Shown: positions 51,922-59,281 of the stretch, one piece after another
Layout: each line of letters begins with the position of its first letter
How positions within the stretch are numbered: position 1 is the stretch's first letter
DNA from: an uncultured Mycoplasma sp.
Lineage (GTDB): Bacteria; Bacillota_I; Bacilli_A; RF39; UBA660
DNA length: 64,000 nucleotides
Assembly (NCBI GenBank): GCA_902493595.1
Contig: CABUPU010000002.1
Coordinates: forward strand, 73,942-137,941
Reading direction: 5' to 3'
Position numbers and translations under genes: made by a program
Notes under the pieces: model-generated
What the model was told of the DNA's origin: nothing
The model's database searches: none
The model's input: only the letters and a program-made list of their open reading frames with translations

Positions 51922-52761
51922 ATAAAAAAGTTTGATAAATTATATTCAAAATCTGGCTTTATTAGAGATTTGGCTTTTAAAAAACTATTTATAGATAACT
52001 ATGATTTATTATTTTATGTAGTGATGAAAACATTAAATAGTTTAAATTTACCTATGAATAGTGATATCACTGTTTTAGATAATTTAGTTAGTGATAAAGT
52101 AACGTTAAAGAAAAAAGAAACTGATTTACTTTATGAAACTAGTGATTATTTAATAAATATCGAAGGAAATAGTGAATACTCAAATACCGTAAATGTAAAA
52201 ATATGTCATATGTTTTGGCACTACTTTTAAGGCAGTTAAAACCTGGTGAAAATAATAAAATTAAAAAGATTTTACAAATAAACATAAATAACGAAAATTC
52301 TTTGAATAATGGTGAATTTATGGGAGTATCTTTATTTACAGATGTCTTAAGTGGAAAAGTAAGATATGAGGATGCTATAGTCGTAGACTATAATCTTGAA
52401 TATTTAAATAAAATGACATATAGTGAAATTGCAAGTTTACAAGATGATGATATAAAGAAAATATTTTATGCATTTACCCGGGATAATAATGATAAATATT
52501 ATGATTTATATAATAATAATGAACTTGGACAAGAGTTATTAAGGAGAATGGAAAAAAATGATGGAAAATATTGATAGTATATTTTATTATGATAAGGTGG
52601 AATTTGCTAAAACTGTAGGCGAGGAAATTGGCTTTAATAACGGAAAAATTGAGACAATTAAAAGTCTAATCAAAAATAAAATGCCAGAGGAAGATATAAT
52701 AAAATTCGTAGGAATATCCAAAGAAGAATTGGATGAAATTAAGAAAAGTATGGGTAAATAA
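51922..52761 (+). pseudogene. Rpn/YhgA-like (PD-(D/E)XK, transposase_31 family) nuclease gene inactivated by start-codon loss and two frameshifts
   Basis: AAAGGA RBS 6 nt upstream of ATA (not ATG) at 51922. The reading IKKFDKLYSKSGFIRDLAFKKLF... continues through ORFs 51970..52230 (frame 1), 52203..52574 (frame 0) and 52558..52761 (frame 1). Y..L...QLKPGE..KIKKIL.ININ and a C-terminal helical tail are typical of the family. Confidence 0.55.
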
Positions 52762-52774
52762 AACTCATACATTT

Positions 52775-53113
52775 TTATATAATACCAACTTCAATTTCAT
52801 TTTGTCCTTGATATTCAATATATAAATAAATGGTACCAGCAATAAAAAACATAATCGAAGCAAACTCTCTTAAAGAACCATATTTACTATTTCTAATATT
52901 TTCATAGTTAATAATTACAAAATATAAGTATATTAAAAGACCTATTACAAGTACTGTAAGATTAATATTTTTATATACTTTTTTTGATTTATAATCTTTA
53001 GTAAAAAGATATTTTTCTTCATAATAATTTGATACTATTGCCATTACAAAAATAAATATATATATAAGCCAAATAATATTTTCTTTATCTAAATTTTTTA
53101 GTTTATCTTCCAT
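52775..53113 (-). CDS. small membrane protein (112 aa, 3 TM)
   Basis: ORF with three hydrophobic helices. Confidence 0.4.
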   Translation of the reverse strand: MEDKLKNLDKENIIWLIYIFIFVMAIVSNYYEEKYLFTKDYKSKKVYKNINLTVLVIGLLIYLYFVIINYENIRNSKYGSLREFASIMFFIAGTIYLYIEYQGQNEIEVGII

Positions 53114-53135
53114 ATTAAAAAATATGTAATAAAGT

Positions 53136-53438
53136 CTATATTTTATTCTTTATTACATATTCATTTATCTTTTTAACTTCAATTTTTCTGATTGCAATTA
53201 GAAATCCTATTCCTATTAAAAGGATGCTTATATTATAAAAATAATCAATAAATTTAGGATCTTTAGTACTTATTAATAGATAAATTCCAATACCTATACA
53301 TAAAATTCCACATACAAATGAAGAAATAAGTTTCTTTTTAACATATTTGCCTAAAGAGGTTTCATAATATTTTTGCTTTACTTCTTTTCTTTTTTCTTTA
53401 TCTAATCTTAAATATTTAACTTTCAATTCAATCACCAT
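53136..53438 (-). CDS. small membrane protein (100 aa, 2 TM)
   Basis: ORF with two hydrophobic helices. It is in tandem with the previous ORF. Confidence 0.4.
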   Translation of the reverse strand: MVIELKVKYLRLDKEKRKEVKQKYYETSLGKYVKKKLISSFVCGILCIGIGIYLLISTKDPKFIDYFYNISILLIGIGFLIAIRKIEVKKINEYVIKNKI

Positions 53439-53504
53439 ATTTATGATACCAAATTAATATTAAAAAGTATAGATTTTTTTATAAAAATAAAGTACAATTA
53501 AATT

Positions 53505-54377
53505 ATGGAAAGTATAGAAAAAAATATTGATAAATATATAGATTATTTAAAATATGAAAAAAAATTAAGTAATAATACAATTATCTCTTATTATGAAAAT
53601 CTTAAGAAATTTTATAGTCATTTTGAAAAGAAAAATATTTTAAATTTAAGTACTGATGAAATTAGAGATTTTCTTTATGATGATGGTATAGTAGCTCGAA
53701 CTAGAGCACATTACTTAACTGTTTTAAATTCATTTTATAATTATATGATAAGTACTGCATATGTAAAAACTAATCCTTGTGAAACCATTAAACTTCCGAA
53801 ACTTGAAAAAAAATTACCATCTTTTTTAACAATCGAGGAAGTAGATAGGCTTTTAAATATTAATCCAGTTAAAATATATGATTATCGTAATATTGCAATG
53901 ATGGAAACGCTATATGCCACTGGTATAAGAGTAAGTGAACTATGTAATATGAAAATATCTGATATTGATTTTAATGAATGCACTATAAAAATATTTGGTA
54001 AAGGTAGCAAAGAAAGAATTGTTCCTATGAATGATAGCACTTATAATGCCTTAAAAAATTATATTGATAATTATAGGCCATTTTTACTAAAAACTAAAGT
54101 TAGTGATTATGTATTTATAAATAATTTTGGTAATGTTATAAGTAGAGTAGGTTTTTTTAAAATACTTAAAAAGTTATGTAAGGATGGTGGAATTAACAAA
54201 GATGTTTCACCGCATACATTAAGACATTCTTTTGCTACTCATTTACTTAATAATGGTGCCAATTTAAGAGTTATTCAGCATCTTTTAGGGCATAGTAATA
54301 TAACTACTACTCAGATTTATTCTCATCTTTCTAATGAATCTTTAAAAGAGGATTATAAAATGCATCCAAGAGATTAA
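53505..54377 (+). CDS. tyrosine recombinase, XerC/XerD family
   Basis: N-terminal SAM-like domain (YLKYEKKLSNNTIISY) and C-terminal catalytic RHSFATHLL..G..LRVIQHLLGH..ITTTQIYSH with Tyr. Confidence 0.8.
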   Translation: MESIEKNIDKYIDYLKYEKKLSNNTIISYYENLKKFYSHFEKKNILNLSTDEIRDFLYDDGIVARTRAHYLTVLNSFYNYMISTAYVKTNPCETIKLPKLEKKLPSFLTIEEVDRLLNINPVKIYDYRNIAMMETLYATGIRVSELCNMKISDIDFNECTIKIFGKGSKERIVPMNDSTYNALKNYIDNYRPFLLKTKVSDYVFINNFGNVISRVGFFKILKKLCKDGGINKDVSPHTLRHSFATHLLNNGANLRVIQHLLGHSNITTTQIYSHLSNESLKEDYKMHPRD

Positions 54378-54387
54378 CTACATACAA

Positions 54388-54414
54388 AAGGGAAGGGGTT
54401 ACCTTCCTTTTTTC
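54388..54414 (+). terminator. rho-independent terminator after the xer gene
   Basis: GGAAGG-ggtta-CCTTCC followed by T6. Confidence 0.6.
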
Positions 54415-54425
54415 ATATATAATGC

Positions 54426-54548
54426 TTATTTAGATCTTGAGTTAGCTCTAGCATTTGTAGAATTATTTCTTGCAGATTGTGAATTACTTCTAGCGTTGTT
54501 TCTTGCTTTAGCTTTACAAGTTCTAGCATTACTTCTTGAATTACTCAT
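54426..54548 (-). CDS. 40-aa highly basic low-complexity peptide with NAR/SNS repeats
   Basis: Perfect SD AGGAGG 6 nt upstream of the ATG. Product MSNSRSNARTCKAKARNNARSNSQSARNNSTNARANSRSK, with 12 of 40 residues R/K and no hydrophobic core. Confidence 0.45.
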   Translation of the reverse strand: MSNSRSNARTCKAKARNNARSNSQSARNNSTNARANSRSK

Positions 54549-54615
54549 TTATTTCCTCCTGATATTATTATGGATAGTTTTGATAAAAATACTATGGAAA
54601 TAATTGGTATATATT

Positions 54616-55083
54616 TTATTGAAGTTTCTTTAATAATTCTGCTTTAATAGAATCTATATCAGTAAAAAATAAGTTTAAACCATTTTCTTTTAAAGATAGC
54701 ATATATTTAAAATTATTTAGAATTTCTTTACATACTGCAGATGGAACTTTAACAACTTTTCCATTAATAGTATGCCTGTTTTGTATATACTTTTCTAATG
54801 TTGGAAATGCATTTTGAATTAAGATTGCTTCCTTATTTCCGGCTATTTCTTTAATTAATATTGTTTTACATTCACCATATTTTTTAATTTTTCTATTAAC
54901 AATTTTCTGGTATTTTTGAATTTTAGAACTTAAAGGAATAAACCAAAGAATTTTACCATCTTTTATTGCTAGGTATGAAGGTCTAGAATGACCATTTTTA
55001 TGATTAATCATTACACTTTTAGCATTAATTTTATCAAAAAATTCATCTTTAATATGATATAAATATCCCGTTATTACTTTCAT
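54616..55083 (-). CDS. ToxN/AbiQ-family endoribonuclease toxin (type III TA / abortive infection)
   Basis: 155 aa. MKVITGYLYHIKDEFFDKI.. and the ..RPSYLAIKDGKILWFIPLSSK block resemble the ToxN/AbiQ pattern (Y.I...Y..YL..FD.KV ... RPY.G.......YF.PLSS). AGGAGG 9 nt upstream. Preceded by tandem repeats and a terminator, as at toxIN loci. Confidence 0.65.
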   Translation of the reverse strand: MKVITGYLYHIKDEFFDKINAKSVMINHKNGHSRPSYLAIKDGKILWFIPLSSKIQKYQKIVNRKIKKYGECKTILIKEIAGNKEAILIQNAFPTLEKYIQNRHTINGKVVKVPSAVCKEILNNFKYMLSLKENGLNLFFTDIDSIKAELLKKLQ

Positions 55084-55098
55084 AATTTCATTTCCTCC

Positions 55099-55147
55099 TT
55101 AAAAAAATAATAAAAATGGAAACTCTAATATAGATTTAGGGTTCCCA
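55099..55147 (-). terminator. rho-independent terminator between the repeat array and the toxin gene
   Basis: Minus-strand UGGGAAC-17 nt loop-GUUUCCA hairpin followed by UUUUUAUUAUUUUUUU. Confidence 0.6.
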
Positions 55148-55251
55148 ACATTTGCAACCGAGATCATTTATTGCTCGCACCACTCGGAGGCGATTAACAT
55201 TTCACGACTAGGATCATTTATTGCTCGCACCACCTAGAGGCGATTTACATT
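55138..55251 (-). ncRNA. ToxI-like antitoxin RNA: 2.3 tandem direct repeats of ~50 nt
   Basis: Units at 55138, 55188 and 55238 (acattt...). The core gatcatttattgctcgcaccac(t/c)(c/t)(g/a)gaggcgatt(a/t)acattt is 42/42 conserved apart from 4 positions. It lies between a promoter and the terminator, upstream of the toxin gene on the same strand. Confidence 0.6.
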
Positions 55252-55269
55252 TGCATTAGCATTCATTGA

Positions 55270-55298
55270 ATGCAATAGTAATATAACATTATTTTTAC
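55270..55298 (-). promoter_or_regulatory. sigma70 promoter for the ToxI-toxN transcript
   Basis: On the minus strand TTGACA (55298-55293) - 17 nt - TATATT (55275-55270). The palindrome GCATTCATTGAATGC (55249-55263) lies at the predicted transcript start. Confidence 0.5.
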
Positions 55299-55351
55299 AA
55301 TCTGTCAATTAAATTTATTAATAATTATTTACAAAAAAAATATAATTTATT

Positions 55352-56092
55352 ATGAATATAATTAATGCTTTATTAGTATCTTTATTTGCATCATTTTCAA
55401 CTTGTTTAGGTTGCGTGTTTTTGTTTGTTAAAATTAAAAGTCAAAATATAAATAAATTTATTACCTTTTCTTTATCATTTTCGATTGCTATTATGATAGG
55501 AATTAGTATATTTGATTTACTTCCAAGTTCAATATTCATAATAATTAATAGATATAAAATATGGTCAATACTGCTTTTTAGCTTACTATTTTTATGTAGT
55601 TATTATCTAATTAAATACATCAGTAATCTTTTGTCAAAGTATGAAAATAACCTATATAAATTAGGTGTTTTATCAATGGTTGTTTTAATTATGCATAATC
55701 TTCCTGAAGGAGTAATTACATTCATAAGTAGTTATAAAGACTTAAATTTAGGTATTAAGATGGCCTTAGCGATAGCACTTCATAATTTTCCCGAAGGCAT
55801 TGCTATCGCAGTTCCAATATATTATGCCACTAAAAGTCGCAAAAAAGCCTTTTTAAATACATTTTTAAGTGGTTTTTCAGAGTTTATTGGAGCAGTGCTA
55901 TCATATTTGTTTTTAGCAAGATTTGTTAGCGAAATAACCCTTTCTTTAATACTTACTGGTGTTGCATTTTTAATGATAACTTTATCTATTGAACAAATGC
56001 TTCCTAAGGTACTTTCTTATAAAGAAAATAAAATTATGAATGTAGGACTTATTTTAGGCTTTATTATTATCTTAATTAGTATTATAATTTAA
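55352..56092 (+). CDS. zupT: ZIP-family zinc transporter
   Basis: HNLPEGV and HNFPEGIAIA motifs, 8 TM helices. Confidence 0.8.
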   Translation: MNIINALLVSLFASFSTCLGCVFLFVKIKSQNINKFITFSLSFSIAIMIGISIFDLLPSSIFIIINRYKIWSILLFSLLFLCSYYLIKYISNLLSKYENNLYKLGVLSMVVLIMHNLPEGVITFISSYKDLNLGIKMALAIALHNFPEGIAIAVPIYYATKSRKKAFLNTFLSGFSEFIGAVLSYLFLARFVSEITLSLILTGVAFLMITLSIEQMLPKVLSYKENKIMNVGLILGFIIILISIII

Positions 56093-56094
56093 TT

Positions 56095-56697
56095 ATGAAG
56101 AGAGTAGGAATATTAACAAGAGAAGAAAATTTAAATAATAAGAAAATATTATATATACCTAAAAATATATATAATAAGTTAAATGGTAAAGCCCAGGTTA
56201 TTTTAATACCTTTTGATTTTAATGATAATTTTAATAAGGTTAAGGGAATAATTGATATTTGTGATGGAATAATTCTTCCAGGTGGGGATGATATTTATCC
56301 TTTAGAACTTGAGGTAGCAAAATACTTACATAAATTAAATAAACCACTTTTAGGAATATGCTTAGGCATGCAAACGATGGGTGTAGCCTTTAATGGTAAA
56401 TTAGGCCATTTAAATACTTTAGCTCATAAGAGTAAAGATAAGTATGTACATAGTGTAGATATAAATAAGGATAGCTTACTATACTCTATTATTGGGAAAG
56501 AAAATATAATGGTTAATTCAAGGCATAAAGATTATGTAGAAAGTACAGGATTAACTATAGGAGCTGTTTGTAATGGTATTATTGAAGAAGTAGAAGACAA
56601 AAACAAAAGATGTTTTATTGGAATGCAGTGGCATCCTGAAGACTTAAAGGACGAAAATTCTGAAAAATTATTTAATTTTTTTATAAATAAATTATAA
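56095..56697 (+). CDS. class I glutamine amidotransferase-like / peptidase C26 (gamma-glutamyl hydrolase-like)
   Basis: Nucleophile elbow GICLGMQ, a His in WHPE, and PGGDD. Confidence 0.65.
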   Translation: MKRVGILTREENLNNKKILYIPKNIYNKLNGKAQVILIPFDFNDNFNKVKGIIDICDGIILPGGDDIYPLELEVAKYLHKLNKPLLGICLGMQTMGVAFNGKLGHLNTLAHKSKDKYVHSVDINKDSLLYSIIGKENIMVNSRHKDYVESTGLTIGAVCNGIIEEVEDKNKRCFIGMQWHPEDLKDENSEKLFNFFINKL

Positions 56698-56736
56698 AGT
56701 GTGGTATACTAAATATATATAGTAAAGGTGGTAAAA

Positions 56737-58062
56737 GTGAAAAAAATTATTATTTTAATTATTATGATGGTATTACCTATAATGGTAAATGCAAAAGATA
56801 TTACAAGCAAGTGTACTATAAAAGTTGGTTATTATCCTACAAAGGACATAACTGATGATAATTCCTCAACTTTTTTAACTAAATCAAAAAATTATGCTGT
56901 AAATGTCGAGTGTGAAGAAGATATTAAAAATGTTTATATTATGTATCACGATCATTCTACAAAAGGAAAAATTCTTTTTGAAAATTATGAAAATATTGTA
57001 GGCCAAAATGGTTATTTGCATGAACTTATCAAAGTTAATAATAATGTTAAAACATTCAAAATACAATATGAAGATGAATTTTCTATAGCGGATATTTATA
57101 TTTATAATGATGATAATTTGCCTGATATGGTTCAAGATTGGAAAAGCTTGGATACTGCAGATTTAATGTTATTTACAACTCACGCCGATGATGAACAGTT
57201 ATTTTTTGCTGGACTAATACCAACTTATGTAGATGCTGGCAAAAAAATTCAGGTTGTTTATTTTACAAGACATACAAATAATGTTTTAAGATATCATGAA
57301 CTTTTAAATGGCTTATGGGCTGTAGGAATCAAATATTATCCAGTTGTAAGTGATTTTCCAGAGGCTTGGGCATCAACAAGAGATGGCGCATTATTAAATT
57401 TACAGAATGCAGGATTTTCTATAGAGGATGCAGTAAGATATGAAACAACTCAAATAAGAAAATATAAACCTTATGTTGTTGTAGGTCACGATGAAAAAGG
57501 GGAGTATGGTCATGGACAGCATATGCTTAATACTTATGTACTTGAGAGTGCTTACAAACTAGCTAGTGACAAAAATTATGTGATTGATGGAGTAGGGTAT
57601 GAACCTTGGCAAATTCAAAAACTATATTTACATTTATATAAAGATAACAAAATTGTTTTAGATTATGATAAACCACTTACATCATTCGGTGGTAAAACAG
57701 CTTATGAAGTATCTAAAATAGGTTATTCATACCATTTATCACAACAAGGCACTAGGTTCACTGCTTGGATTAATGGAAAGGATAAACCCTATACTAGTGC
57801 AACACAAATTAAAACATATAGTCCTTGTGAATATGGTTTATATTATAGCGCTGTTGGCGAAGATGAAGAAAAAAATAATATGTTTGAAAATGTTAAAGAT
57901 ACAAAAAATACTAATGAATCAATTAAAGATGATCATAATCAAGACCAAAATACTACAGTCGACTTAAATGACCATTCTATAGGAGGTAATATACTTTTAT
58001 ATGTTTCTATTGGAATAGTCCTTGTTATAATAATAATATTAATAATCAGTTTAGTTAGATAA
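56737..58062 (+). CDS. PIG-L/LmbE-family deacetylase with N-terminal signal peptide and C-terminal TM anchor
   Basis: GTG start 9 nt after AAAGGTGG. Signal peptide, the TTHADDE (PIG-L HxDD) motif, and a C-terminal hydrophobic helix LLYVSIGIVLVIIIILIISLV. Confidence 0.6.
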   Translation: MKKIIILIIMMVLPIMVNAKDITSKCTIKVGYYPTKDITDDNSSTFLTKSKNYAVNVECEEDIKNVYIMYHDHSTKGKILFENYENIVGQNGYLHELIKVNNNVKTFKIQYEDEFSIADIYIYNDDNLPDMVQDWKSLDTADLMLFTTHADDEQLFFAGLIPTYVDAGKKIQVVYFTRHTNNVLRYHELLNGLWAVGIKYYPVVSDFPEAWASTRDGALLNLQNAGFSIEDAVRYETTQIRKYKPYVVVGHDEKGEYGHGQHMLNTYVLESAYKLASDKNYVIDGVGYEPWQIQKLYLHLYKDNKIVLDYDKPLTSFGGKTAYEVSKIGYSYHLSQQGTRFTAWINGKDKPYTSATQIKTYSPCEYGLYYSAVGEDEEKNNMFENVKDTKNTNESIKDDHNQDQNTTVDLNDHSIGGNILLYVSIGIVLVIIIILIISLVR

Positions 58063-58412
58063 TAAAAAAGAAGCATAAGTTAACATAATATATATTATAC
58101 GAAGTTAATAATTGATATAGAAATTATAGATAATTTAAGCATTAATTGATTAATTCATTGATGCTTTTTTTATAGTAAATATCAATTTAAATTTGTAATT
58201 CAAATTATAATTTAGTTATAACAAAAAATAATTTTAATATAAAAATTTTATTTAATTTTAAAATTATGAATTATATAGAACATTATTAATAATAAATAAA
58301 GTAATATTTACCTTATTAAATATAAAATAAGGTTATAATATAATACCTTATTAATATATAAATAAGGATATATACGCGTATACTTTATTTCACTAAAAAA
58401 TAGGGTAGTCCC

Positions 58413-59210
58413 CTATTTCTTTTTATCTTCATTAATACCACACATTTTTCTAGATTCAATTTCAGCAATCTTTTCAAATACTTCAGTAGCATTTTCTGTA
58501 TTTATATCTGAATATCCAAGTTCATGTAATGCTTGAACTCTAATTGTATTTAATGCTTGTGTACGGCCAATTTTTTCTTGTTTTTTAAGTTCAATTTCAC
58601 GAATAAATCTTTTTCTTGATTCAGCAACTTTACTCTTTGAGGCTCCTCCATTGTTATATAAAGTTAAACCAGAATATAATATTCCCTCGAAAATAAATTG
58701 TTTATCTTCATTATAAAGAAATTCGTCTGGATCAATAAATCCATTTGTTTTGGCTATATAGGCAAGCATATATTTAATTTCTGGTACATTTTCCATTGAG
58801 GAAAGTAGGTAATAAATATATTGTACTGTCCCCTTCTCTGCTTTTGAGCCATCAATTAACTTTTCCTTAAGTAAATAAACTATATCAGATAAAAGACATT
58901 TATCATCTCTTGTTATGCCACTTAAGTCAAAATTATTTGTCATATTTTCTTCCTTTTGTGATGTATTATTTAATTTCTTTTCAATTCTAAGCATATATTC
59001 AGTTGTCACTTTAATTTTATCAAAACCTTTAAAAGAGGAAGAATCTATTTCTAATAATTGAAATAGTAATGCTTTCTTTTCTTTTGGCCAATTATTGATA
59101 TCCTCAAATGTCAAATAATTGTAAACCATTTGCCTCGATACTCCTAAATATTTTGCTAATTTTACTTTAGATATTCCTAAATCTTGTAATAATTTGTTTA
59201 ATGTGTCCAT
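58413..59210 (-). CDS. N-terminal HTH (XRE-like) domain protein, unknown function (265 aa), downstream of smc
   Basis: HTH KVKLAKYLGVSRQMVYNYL. AAGGA 6 nt upstream of the ATG. Confidence 0.5.
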   Translation of the reverse strand: MDTLNKLLQDLGISKVKLAKYLGVSRQMVYNYLTFEDINNWPKEKKALLFQLLEIDSSSFKGFDKIKVTTEYMLRIEKKLNNTSQKEENMTNNFDLSGITRDDKCLLSDIVYLLKEKLIDGSKAEKGTVQYIYYLLSSMENVPEIKYMLAYIAKTNGFIDPDEFLYNEDKQFIFEGILYSGLTLYNNGGASKSKVAESRKRFIREIELKKQEKIGRTQALNTIRVQALHELGYSDINTENATEVFEKIAEIESRKMCGINEDKKK

Positions 59211-59281
59211 AAATTATCCTTGTACTCCTTTACATTTTTATTATACATTACTTAACAGTATTTTGTAAACCTATTTTAATA

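Noticed and set aside
53505-54377. Xer-family recombinase considered as a phage or ICE integrase marking a mobile element boundary
   Set aside because: Its size and motifs fit chromosomal XerC/XerD. No att-like direct repeats, tRNA target or phage genes are visible. The adjacent island is small and lacks structural or transfer genes.
55138-55251. Short direct-repeat array considered as a mini-CRISPR
   Set aside because: There are only 2.3 copies of 50 nt, contiguous with no spacers, and the array is flanked by a promoter, a terminator and a ToxN-like gene. That fits a type III antitoxin RNA, not CRISPR.
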